Source of the DNA: Okamejei kenojei
Taxonomy: Eukaryota
Direction of reading: 5' to 3'
Length of the DNA stretch: 64,000 bases
NCBI GenBank assembly: GCA_035221665.1
Contig: CM069138.1
Coordinates: 22,444,001-22,508,000, forward strand
This document shows positions 52,380 to 64,000 of the stretch, piece after piece; within the stretch, counting starts at the first letter, position 1; the number at the start of each line of letters is the position of its first letter. The translations under genes and the position numbers were made by a program. The notes beneath the pieces are model-generated. The model was not told where the DNA came from, searched no databases, and saw only the letters and a list, made by a program, of their open reading frames with translations.

Positions 52380-55340
52380 ATGTTCTCTCTCCTAATAGAT
52401 TCATAACATCTTTTGTCATCAGATCTGATATTCTTCACACTGAATTTAATGCAAACATATACGTCAGGCTATTGTTCATTGACTGAGGCACAGCGTTCAA
52501 CACCATTATCCTGTCCAAACTCAGGGATCAGGGTCACTGATCCACCCTATTCAACTGGTTGCTTGACATCCCCATTGGCAGACCTCAGTCTGTATGTATT
52601 GGCAACACTATCTCCACCTTCCTGATCATCAGCACAGGGGCACCTCAAGGCTGTGTGTTCAAACCCCTGCTCTACCTTCTGTGTACTCATGACTGTGTAG
52701 CCAGACGCAGCTCCAAAGCCATCTTTAAATTCTCCAATGATACACCCATCCTTGGATGAGTAATGGCCAATGCTGAGTCAGGGTACTGGAGGGAGATCGA
52801 TAATTTAGTGGAGAGGTGCCAGAACAAGAATTTTGCTCTCAGCATCAGCAAGAAAAAGGAACAGGTTATTGACTTCAGGAGCAGAAAGCCGAGGGACTAT
52901 GCACCTGTCCATGTTGGTGGAATAGCAATGGAGAAAGAGTTAAAAGGTTCATGTTCCTGGGCTTTCACATCTCTGATGTTCTGTCCTGAGCCCAGCGCAC
53001 TGGTGCAATCTCAAAGAAAGCTCACCAATGCTTCTACCTCCTCAGAGGTTTGAGGAGATTTGGCACGTTGCCCAATACTCGATCAAACCTCCATAAGTGT
53101 ACAGTGGAAAGGTTACTAGCTAGTTGCATCATGGCCTCGTTTGAAAATGTGAATGCTCAGGAATTAAGGAGGCAGCAAAAAGCAGTGGACATTGCCCAGT
53201 CCATCATCGATACTGACCTCCACACCGTCGAAGGGATCTACAGGAAGCGCTACCTCAAGAAGACAGCTTATAACGGGAAGCAGGTGCTGGAGCCTGAGAA
53301 CTGTTACCACCAGGTTCAAGAACAGCTTTTTCAAATCAAGAAACAGGTTTTTGAATTAAATTGAACACTCTAACCACAACCCTATCTCACCACTGAACAG
53401 ACTTTGCACGACTGTGGTTACTTTACAAACTTTGATAATGCTTTATCATCATCTAGTTTAGTTAGATAAGTTATGGCGCACTTGTTGTTGCTGTTCTGAC
53501 TAATCTTTATTATAGAGATACAGCGTAGAATCAACCCCTTTGGCCCACTGAATACGTGCCAACCAGTGAACACCCCGTACACACTAGAGACAATTTACAA
53601 TTTTACCAAAGCCAATTAATGTACAAATGTGTATGTTTTTGGAATGTAGGAAGAAACCAATACACTCAGAGAAATCCCACATGGACACACAGAGAATGTA
53701 CAAACTCCGTACAGCTAGTAAGTAAGAATTTAATTGCTCCAGTCCACTTCCGCCGCATATGAAAAATAAACACTCTTCTCGTTTAAATCAGCATCTGCAG
53801 TTCCTTCCTTCACGCCCTTTTTGCGTGCTGTATGACTATGACTTTTTACTGTGTGTGTTAAAATCTGTCAGTTTTTGTTCTCTCTCCTAATAGATTTATA
53901 AAATCTTTTGTCATTAGATTTGATATTCTTCACACTGGCTTTTAATGAAAACATATACATCAGGCTATTGTTCATTGACTGAGGCACAGCATTCAACACC
54001 ATTATCCTGTCCAAGCTCAGGGATCTGGGTTCACTGCTCCACCCTATTCAACGGGTTGCTCGACTTCCCCATTGGCGGACCTCAGTCTGTATGTATTGGC
54101 AACACATACCACACATCTCGACCTCCCTGACCATCAGCACAGGGACACCTCAAAGCTGTGTGTTCAACCCCCTGATCCACCCTCTGTATACCCGTGACTG
54201 TGTAGCCAGACGCAGCTCCAAAGCCATCTTTAAATTCTCCAATGATACTACCATCCATGGATGAGTAATGGCTAATGCTGAGTCAGGGTACTGGAGGGAG
54301 ATCGATAATTTAGTGGAGTGGTCAGAACAACAATTTTTTCTCAGTATCAGCAAGAAAAAAGAACAGGTTATTGAATTCAGGAAGGGAAAGCCGAGGGACT
54401 ATGCACCTGTCCATGTTGGTGGAATGGCAATGGAGAAAGAGTTAAAGCTTCATGTTCCTAGGCTTTCACATCTCTGATGGTCTGTCATGGGCACAGCGCA
54501 CAATCAGAAAGAAAGCTCACCAATGCTTTTACTTCCTCAGAAGTTTGTGGGGATTTTACACATTGCCCAATACTCTATCAAACCTCAGCAATTGTACAGT
54601 AGACAGGTTACTAGCTGGTTGCATCATGCTCTCATTTGAAAATTTGAATGCTCAGGATTGAAGGAGGCAACAAAAAGCAGCGGACATTGCCCAGTCCATC
54701 ATCGACACTGACCTCCACACCATCGAAGGGATCTACAGGAAGCGCTGCCTCAAGAAGACAGCTAATATTGTCAAGACCCACACCATCCAGCCCACACTGT
54801 CTTCTCACTGCTATCATCGGGAAGCAGGTGCTGGAGCCCGAGAACTGTTACCTCCAGGTTCAAGAACAGGTTTATCCAATCAACAACAGGTGTTTGAATT
54901 AATTTGTACACCCAAACCACAACCCTATCTCACCACTGAACAGACTTTGCACGACTGTGGTTACTCCACATACTTTGATAATGCTTTATCATCATCTAGT
55001 TTAGTTAGATAAGTTATGGCACACTTGTTGTTGCTGTTCTGACTAATCTTTATTATAGAGATACAGCGTGAAATCAACCCCTTTGGCCCACTGAGTACGT
55101 GCCAACCAGCGAACACCCTGTACACACTAGAGACAATTTACAATTTTACCAAAGCCAATTAATGTACAAACGTGTATATTTTTGGAGTGTAGGAAGCAAC
55201 CAAAACACTCGGAGAAATCCCACATGGTCACACAGAGAATGTACAAACTCCGTACAGATTAATGTGTCTAAAGCCAGTAAGTACGAATTTAATTGCTCCA
55301 GTCCACTTCTGCCGTATATGAAAAATAAACTCTCTTCTAG
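52380..55340. repeat. About 1.5-kb tandem duplication of a LINE RT fragment plus SINE (52380-53780 vs 53876-55340)
   Basis: Near-identical blocks, e.g. MANAESGYWREIDNLVE and MPTSEHPVHTRDNLQF ORFs each occur twice. Confidence 0.88.
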
Positions 55341-55772
55341 TTATTGTATCCCCTTTACACATCTCATTACTTTTCTTCCCTCCATTACATCTGCCTATTT
55401 AATCACCACTCTTTCTTGCATTTGTATCATGCATTTCGTTTAGATATGAGTTGCGAATGTACAGGTGTTTCCTATCTGCTGACGTTTCAGCCGAATAATT
55501 TGCTCAGAGATGAATCAGAACAGGCTCAGATCACTTCTAAACCTTGATTAGCTAAGCAGTGAAACAAAATGATATCCATGCTTGATATGAACTCCAGAGC
55601 AGTACACTTCTGTTTCCTTCTCACAAAAAACCAAGAACACAAAACATTTCAATTTTAAACAGAAATATTTAACTGTAAAATAGTAGATTCACATCACTGC
55701 AATATGTAAATTGAACTTGAAAACAGATGAAACTAACCCAGACTGGTCGACCCATCCTGGGACTGTACTTAC

Positions 55773-55821
55773 CCACTGCACAGAGGAACAGAGTCAAGGT
55801 GGAGAATATCAGTGCAAACAT
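55773..55821 (-). CDS. Leader (signal peptide) exon MFALIFSTLTLFLCAV(G)
   Basis: ATG at 55821 in ACATC-ATG context, 16 mostly hydrophobic codons, phase-1 donor G|GTAAGT. Splices in frame to V1, giving ...CAVGLKA/NTSLIQSP, a plausible cleavage site. Confidence 0.8.
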
Positions 55822-55952
55822 GATGTTAAACTTGATTTGCAACAATTAGACTTCTGTTCATTCAGACCCGATGTTCCCTTTACTGCTTTAGAAGTGACTG
55901 CATCCTCTTCTACTGCCCCACAAGATTGTTTCATCACAAATGCGTGGAGTGT

Positions 55953-55990
55953 AAAGAGGAAGTCATGGGGAAAGTGGGCAGTGGAAACCA
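55953..55990. promoter_or_regulatory. Candidate haematopoietic promoter motifs upstream of the leader (ETS/PU.1-type AAAGAGGAAGT, GGGGAAAGT, RUNX-like AACCAC)
   Basis: AAAGAGGAAGT at 55953-55963 lies about 130-140 bp 5' of the ATG. No obvious TATA box there. Motif match only. Confidence 0.4.
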
Positions 55991-58076
55991 CTGAAAATTG
56001 ACTCTCAAACTGTAGGCAGATCACCAGATTAATTTTCACCATTCTCTCTGGATGCATCAACGATGGTCACAGATGCAAGTTTCAGATGTTCTGAGGGTCA
56101 ATCCTTATAGTCACCCCTGATGTTCATGCACATTTTTCAGATTCAAATGTTGGAACAAAGCCAAATGCTCTGATTAATTTTCGCCTTTTATTAGGTAAAT
56201 TGGAAAGAGCAAGTGACTGAAGTGTAAGTAGGTGAGCCTTTTGGGACCAGCGACCACAGGTCTATTAGCTTTAAAATAATTATGGATAACCACAGGGTGG
56301 GCCCACTTGTTACAATTCTGAATTGGGACAAGGCGAACTTTGGTATCAGATAGGAACTTGCGAAAGTTGCTTAGAATAGGCTTATACAAGTGTGATGAAA
56401 AGAGTTCAGCGTTTGCCTATTCCTGTTGGAGTGAAAAGCAAGGCAGGTGGGAGTAAGGAAGCTTGGATGAGGAGAGAAATCGAGACTGTCAGGAAGAAGG
56501 AGGAGGCAAGGGCCAGGTATAGGCAGCAAGGATTGTGCATCCCTCGAGCGGTTGTGAGAACTGAGGAGCAGGATTAAGAAGGAAATCAGGAGAGAAATAA
56601 GGGGACAGGAGATACACCTGGCAGATAATATTAAAGAAAATTGAGTTTAATGATTTGAAATAACAAGGCATTTCAGTTGCTGGTTTATACCAAAGATAGA
56701 CACAACATACTGTAGTACCTCAGTAGGTCAGGTAGAGTCTCTGGAGAAAATGGATAGGTGATGTTTCATTCGGGACCCTTCTGCAGACTGTTTGCAGGGG
56801 GGAGGCAGAAAAAAAGGAGAAGAGGGGGCTGCTCAAATCACAGTCGGTAACAGATGACCTCAGGCGAGGGTTGTTGGATAAAGGCGACAGATAGAAGCAG
56901 GTGTGAGCCCAAAAGAGGCACATGGTTGCGAACTGTTGAAGGACTTTTGGCGTAAGGGGGGAGGGAGTTGGAAGTAAGGGAAGGGGAGAGTGTTAAGGGG
57001 GGAGAGAGAGAAAGGGGACAGGGAAGGAAAGTGTTTGTAGAAGTTACCTGAAGTTAGAAGTTAAAGATTTAAAAATTGAGTTGAGTTGAAAAGGTTTTTG
57101 AGGGCCAAGCCAAAAAGGTTTTTGAGGGCCAAGCCATAATTGTTGGAGTTACTTAAGCATTTTGTGTGTTTCCTTCCGAAACCAGCATCTGCAGTTCCCG
57201 GCTTCTACATAGATGTTGGCCATATGAAATTCCGCATAGGATTTGATTAGGTTCTTCATGGTAAACTGCTCTGGAAATTTAGGTGATATGGGATCCATGA
57301 AAAGTTAAGCAACTGGATTAAAAATTGGCTTCATGGAAGGCAGCAGAGGGTGATGGTGATGGGTTGTTTATCGGACTGGAAGTCTATGACTTGTGGTGTG
57401 TTCCAGGGATCGGTGATGTGCCCATTGCTATGCGGTTTATATCAACGATTTGGCTGAGAATGTAGAAGGCATGATTAGTACGTTTGCGGATGACACTAAA
57501 ATGGCTGATTTCATAGATAGTGAAGATAGTGAATTTGTTATACAAAGAATAAGCGAGAATTTGTTAATTTGTTAATTTGTTAAGTGTGAAAGTATGCTGA
57601 GCAGATTTATTAGCCTGTTGTCACAACTTGAAGGCCCTAACTATAGCAAGAGGTTGGGCTGGCCAGGACTTTATTCCTTTGAGCCCAGGAGGCCGAGGGA
57701 TTATCTTATAGAGATTTATAGGATCATGAGGGGTATACGTAGTGTGAATGTACAGTGTCTTTTACCCAGAGTAGGGGAATCAAGAACCAGAGGACATGGG
57801 TGAGAGAGGAAAGATGCAATAGAAAACTGAGGGGCAATGTTTTCAGACGATGGTGGATATATAGAATGATCTGACAGAAAAGGCAGTTAAGGCAGGTACA
57901 ATAACTGCATTTAAAATACACTTGGACAGATACATGGACAGGAAAGCTTTAGAGAGATCTGGGGTAAGCCTGGACAAGTTGAACTAGTACAGATGGGACA
58001 TCTTGGTCAACTTGGTAAATTTAGACTGAAGGACCTGTTTCCGTGCTGTGTAACATTGTGACTCTTCCAAAAGTAC

Positions 58077-61000
58077 ATTTTACTTTGGAGTGACGTGAGT
58101 GACTACGTGAAGAAGACCCCGTCAGGCCGCGTGCGCGTCATTAACGTCAGAAGCACTGGCGCAGCGACCGGTTAGGATGACGAGTTGGCAACAACTCTAA
58201 ATTATTTGCTCTCCCATCAGCTGCAAGAGCTGACCATGGACGAGACGGTGAAGAAATGTGAGACCCCGGTTAATTGCTAACTCCTGAATGTACCGGCGGT
58301 TAACCATGTGATATGGGTCCATATGGGCTTTGGTATTCGGGCACAAGAAATGAAGCTCCAGCGAGTGCTGAAGTTGCTCGCTGGAGGCATTACGGCATTC
58401 GCCAGATTGGTGGATGAGGTGCCATCTGTATTACAGCAGGATGCCTTAGCCCTTCTATGCAGTGCCCACTTTGAAATAAACTGTTTGCGCAAAAGTACAA
58501 TACGCCCGATGATACACCCTAAATTTGCGACGCTCTGCAAGCCAAGTAATATTCAACCGCCAATTTTGTTATTTGGGGATGAACTCGCTAAGCGAGTGAA
58601 AGAGCTCGACGACGAGGCAAAGACGGTGAGGTTGATTGAAGCCCCGATGACCAGCAGAATAGTTCAGTGCCAACACCCCTGCCCATAGGCAGCAGAGACC
58701 GCAGCCAGTCAAGGGACCAGCCGGGCATTTACGAATGTGCGCAGTTGGCGCACTGCTACTGGGGCACGAGCAAACGTGACTCCTCCCACCGGGAACCGGG
58801 GACAACAAATTCCACCGGTCACCATGGAGGTAGGTGGGTCTGGTCATGATAGGAACATATTAAGTGAAAGACACCTACAAGTTGGGGGGAGATTACACAG
58901 GTTTCTAAAAGAATGGTCTGAGATAACATCAGATCCGTTTACACTGTGCAGCATAAAAGGTTTTCGAATTGAATTCTATCCCAATTTGAGTCCACCCACT
59001 CAGCATGTTCCAAGCCAGACACTCATTTTCTCACAGAAAAAGAATATGGAGATACAGGCAGAAGTTGAAAAATTATGCAAAAAAGGGGTAATTGAGAATT
59101 CGGTTTGCCAACTCCACCAATTTGTGTTAAATAATTTTCCTCTGTCAAAAAAGGATGGAGGATGTAGAATCATCCTCGACCTGATGAGCCTTAACCCTTT
59201 TGTACAGTATAAACATTTCAAAATTGAAACTTTTACTACTGCTAAACATCTGCTTTCCAGGCGATGTTATATGGCAAGCATCGATCTTAAAGATGCATAT
59301 TACTCAGTGTCTGTTCACTACTATGATAGGAGATATTTGAAATTTAGTTGGATGAGTCAATTATGGCAATTCAAAGCACTGCCTAATGGATTAACCTCAG
59401 CTCCGAGATTGTTCACCAAATTGTTAAAACCAATACTGGGGCTACTTAGAGCTCAGGGTCATATTGTAATGGCCTATTTGGACGATATTTTTTATTGTAG
59501 GTAAGACTCGGGACACAGTTGAATCATCCGTTTCAGTTTGTTAAGCTCACTTTTGAGAGGTTGGGGTTTATCATTCATCCAGATAAGTCCAAATTAACAC
59601 CAGTCAGAGTTATTGATTATTTGGGTTTCACTATTAACTCAGATCACATGTCAGTGACTCTTCCCAGGGCCAAAAGGCTGTGTTAAGCTCATTGAAACAC
59701 AACGACCTTCAATTAGACAAGTGGCCAGCTTGGTTGGCAAATTAATGGCTTCATTTCCAGCTGTGCAGTTTGGAACTCTGCATTACCAGCAATTGCAATG
59801 AGCGAGGGAACAGGCACTGATGATGCATTCAGGTCGTTATGGCAGGCACATGCAAATACCAGCTGCGGCCATTGCTGAAGTACAATGGTGGATTATGAAT
59901 GTCTCAAGTTCTTCCAGCCAAATTCTGCTTGAACCACCTTCTATTGTCTTACAGACTGATGTCAGTGCGCTAGGTTGGGGCGCTACTGATACTATTTCCA
60001 GCTGTGGAGGCAGATGGAATATGCATGAAGCACCTCTTCTGCAATCATGAGGAATTAATTACTTAGAGTTTTGGGAACATTTTATGGGCTTAAAGCTTAT
60101 TGTTCTATTAAATGTCACTTGCACATTCAAGTTCATATTGACAACACTACGGCAGTGGCGTATGTTAATCATATGGGTGGAATCAAGTCAAAATCTGATG
60201 ATAGGTTGGCAAATCTGATTTGGGACTGGTGTATTTCCAGAGACATTTGGCTTTCAGCTATCTACCTACCAGGTAGATTCAACATCGTGGCAGACACAAG
60301 GTCTCGCAAATTCAATGACAACACAGAATGGATGTTGTATCATGATATATTAAACGATATTTTTGCTCAGTATGGGATGCCAGATATCGATTTGTTTGCA
60401 TCCAGACCACCAGTTGCCTAAATATGTTTCATGGGAACCAGCTCCTGAGGCAGCAGCGGTAGATGCATTCTCGCTGCATTGGGGTGGAATGTTTGTGTAT
60501 GCATTTTCCTCCTTTCTGCCTCATCAGTCGGTGTCTGCAAAAAATTAACCAGGACTCCGCCTCAGCAGTATTGGTGGTACCCGAGTTGCCTACTCAGCCA
60601 TGGTTCCCTCTCGTGTTGCAGATAAACATACAGCCACTTATGACTAATAGGTTTCATCGAAACCTACTGGTGCACCCTGTAACTGGTGGTCAACACCCTT
60701 TATATGATCGTTTCAATCTGTTGGTTTTCAAATTCTAAGAAGGGCATACCTGGGGAGAGGACTATTGGATCGCATTGTGGATGTTCTTACTGCGGCCAGG
60801 AGGGATGGTACCCAGAAGCAGTACATCTCTTATATAAGGAAATAGGAGGTGTTCTGCTTCCGGCAAAATATTTCATATTACACAGCAGGCATCTCCGACG
60901 TACGAGAATTCCTGTCAACCCTCTTTTTCGATCAAAGATTAAGCTATAGTGCGATCAATATGGTCAGAAGTGCCCTGTCTTCATATTTCTGGATGGGATC

Positions 61001-62215
61001 AGAATGATATTCTATGGGGTCGCACCCTCTCATCTCCAGATTTAAGAAGGGAATTTTTAATTCCAATCCTCCCCGGCCCAGGTATTCGACAATCTTGGAT
61101 GTTATCGAAGTACTTATTCTTCTTCGTCAATGGACTCCTATCACAGCCCTGTCTTTGGCTAAACTCTCCATGAGGTAGTCATGCTCATGGCACTGGTTTC
61201 GGCACAACGGGTGCAGACATTACAGAAGCAGTGACTCGACAGGATGGAAGTATCTGCAGATGCCATTACGTTTTCCATCTATTATCTACTCAAACAGAGC
61301 AGACCGGGGGTCACAAGATTTAGCATTACCCTTTTGGCATACCCTACGGAATAATGCCTATGTGTGGTATCACACTTATTATGTTACATCAAGGCCACCA
61401 GCACCCTAAGAGGTGCAGAATCAGCATTATTGATTAGCCACAGAAATCCGCATAGTAAGGTGTCAGTTCAGACTATTTCAAGGTGGCTAAAGCACGTTCT
61501 GGCTTACGCAGGTATTGACACTGACATTTTAAAATCTCATTCCACCAAGACGGCATCAACGGCAGCGGCCAGGGCAATGGACGTCCCCATAGACCATATC
61601 TCACGGCCGCAGGGTGGTCAAGTGAGCAGATGTATCAGCAATATTATCATAAACCACTCGCTCAACCAGGGGTATTTGCCCATTCTGTTTTAAGTCCAGT
61701 TTTATATCTTCCCCCTGGCACAGAGGTGTTGCTATTGTTTTCTTTAAAAATTAAACAGTTATTACATTTAAAATCAATGTCATGGTTTAATGCATTATTG
61801 ACTCTTTCCTCATTCTGAGTCAATCGATGCAGTAAGACGCCTGGATTTGAATCTATGGCATGAAATCACAGAGCTTTGAACTCTTCACGTAGTCACTCAC
61901 ATGCCTCGGAAGTAAAATAGTAAGATTAAATGAGAACTTACCAAATTGAAGTTAGATCTTTATTTTATGAGGAATTACATTGGTGATTACATGCCCTCCA
62001 CGCCCAACCCTCTCTCACAAAGGTCATCTGGTAGTTCTAGGTTTCTGCTCTTACTATTATACTTAAATTACTGTTACCTGTGATTTCATACCGCTGCTTT
62101 GAAGATTGATGCGCATGCGGCTTGATGGGATCTTCTTCACGTAATCACCGACGTAACTCCTCAGAAAATAAAGATCAAACTTCAAACTGGTAAGTTCTCA
62201 TTTAATCTTACTATT
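58077..62215 (+). mobile_element. DIRS retrotransposon, near full length (5' gag partly deleted)
   Basis: Same terminal/ICR structure (ICR about 61883-61993). RT 58737-59504 (IDLKDAYY, YLDD), RNase H 60071-60421, YR 61364-61693. Confidence 0.92.
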
Positions 62216-62779
62216 AAAGGAAAGAAAGTAACTAGAGAGAGAATAGGTTTCCTCAGACATAAAGGTACTCGACCTCAGAATTTTATAAATGTTCCATTTG
62301 ACTGCCCCTCAGCCTTGGATGCTCTAGAGAAAACAGTCCACATTTATGCAACCTCGCCAGAAACTAATGACCAGGTAGCATTCTGGTAAACCTCTTCTAC
62401 AACTTCTCCAAAGCAGCCACATCATCCCTGTAATGTGGTGACTAGAAATGCACAAAGAACTCTGAATGTTGCCCGACCAAAGTTTCATGCATCTGCAACA
62501 TGACTTGCCAGCTTTTACACTCAATGTCCTGGTCAATGCCAGCAAGTATATAGTAGACCTTCTTTACCAGGAGTCAAGAAACCAGAAATGAACTGAAACA
62601 GTGAAATTGTTCCTTGCTGCAGCTTCCGACACATTCCAACACACAACTACAATAAGAAATAAACGCACTATCAATTATGTTACCCTAAATAAATGGGGCT
62701 ATGGCAGTGCAAAAACCCACCAAATTACATGGAGCAATCATAATAGTCCATAGTGAGGTGCTGAAGTAGGGTTGTACAG

Positions 62780-63120
62780 GGTGGTTCAAGAACTTGATGG
62801 TTGATGGGAAGAAGCTGTTCTTCAACTTGGAGGTAACAGCCTTCAGGCTCCTGTACCTGCTTCCTGATGGTGCAGGGAGATGAGAATATGGCCAAGGTGA
62901 TGTGGGTCTGTTTAAAGGTTGTTTTCTTGGCACCATTTGGTCAGTTGATCGATCTCCCCCCAATACTCTGACTCATCATCATCCATAATTTGTTCAACTA
63001 CGGTGGTGTCGTCGGCGAATTTGAAGATGGAACCATTTCCGGCCACACAGTAATGGGTACAGCGTACGGGGCTGAGCACCCAGTCTTGAGGTGCTCCTGT
63101 GCTGGTGGTTATCAAGCTGG
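62780..63120 (-). mobile_element. Rex1/L2-like LINE RT fragment
   Basis: TGAPQ...FKFADDTTVV...WCQENNL; PSGSRYRSLK...KNSFFP. Confidence 0.7.
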
Positions 63121-64000
63121 AAGTTTTGCTGTGAGGTGGAGGAAATGCATTACTGATTAGGGAGAAGTTCACAGTAGCACTTAGAGAGAACATACGAGAG
63201 GAATAATCTACTGTGGGTAGTTTATTCACAGCAGGTAGAGTTCACAATAAACAAAGGCACAATCTTGCTGACGGGATGATATAATGGGCCCTCCAAAAAC
63301 CAGCAGGAAATAGAAGAACAAATATATAAACTAATTACAGGAAACTATTAAACTATCAGGGTTGTCAAAATGAGTGATTTTTAACTTCCTCAATATTAAC
63401 TCAGACGTCTTTTGTGCTAGAGGCATAGTTAGGGCAGGGTTTGTTAGTTTCAATCCAAAAAGCTTTCTTGAACAGTGTGTGGGTAGTCAAATTGGAAAAG
63501 TGAACATACTGGAACGTACTGGTATTTGGTCCTAGCCACGCGACTGACATTTATCGCCATCCAATGTACCCAACCTTGACAACCATGTCCCTCCTCCTGA
63601 CTGGAATATGCCAGTTTTGAACTCTTGATCATTTGGTCTTTAACAGGCCCCCGCATGCCAGATGAACTTACCCAATAACAAGAGTCACAGTCAATAGAGT
63701 CCCGGGGAGCCACGCAGGACTGATCCACCCGCCGAACAACCACGCCGCCGACCGGAACGCACCCCGATAGGCCTGACTTGCCCAGAGACCTGACTTGCAC
63801 ATGCCTCCCAGAGGACTGCGGAGAACCTGGGCAGCAAGGCCTGTCTGGGCCAAATGAGCCCGGGGCGGCGTGAGCCTCGGCAGCAACGGGAGCCTTGGCG
63901 GTGGTGGGGATTCATGATCGTCCCGCAATCAGCGGTCGATGAGCATGCAGCGGGGAGAGGAAGACAATGGAGAACCTGGCGCGGGGGGACTGCCATGAAG

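Larger units (their letters stand above)
86..55821 (-). other. Multi-exon gene for a type I membrane IgSF receptor with six tandem germline-joined VJ-type domains (L-V1-V2*-V3-V4-V5-V6-TM-cyt-cyt..., 3' end outside the window)
   Basis: Ten exons, all with GT/AG sites and compatible phases (1 through L and all V exons, 2 after TM, 1 then 0 in the tail). About 793 codons in the window if V2 is really an intact 345-nt exon, 678 if V2 is skipped. Confidence 0.85.

Noticed and set aside
57088-57135. 24-bp direct repeat AAAAGGTTTTTGAGGGCCAAGCCA, two copies
   Set aside because: A simple local slippage duplication, not an array.

Overview
Repeat-rich vertebrate genomic DNA. The CR1/V-SINE/DIRS repeat content suggests a cartilaginous fish, probably a skate or ray (inference). 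One protein-coding gene spans most of the window on the minus strand and could be assembled by hand from GT/AG splice sites with compatible phases: leader (55773-55821), six Ig V-set exons (36803-37165, 35506-35853 [frameshifted], 28399-28746, 21269-21613, 19026-19373, 13739-14083), a transmembrane exon (9787-9934) and two 44-nt cytoplasmic exons (4470-4513, 86-129). The gene continues past the left edge. Every V exon is an antigen-receptor-like V domain with a J-like G strand already joined in the germline (C-x-x-W-x-x-I-x-G-x-G-T/S-x-L). I found no RSS with a nonamer and no C domain. The domains alternate between two types (B'-A-B-A-B-A), and one A-B pair arose by a recent tandem duplication. 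The rest is transposable elements: three DIRS tyrosine-recombinase retrotransposons (one with its empty site preserved in the duplicated intron), three long CR1 LINEs, a nested CR1>L1>Crypton insertion, a full-length Tc1 element, many SINE/LINE fragments, local duplications and a 187-N assembly gap.
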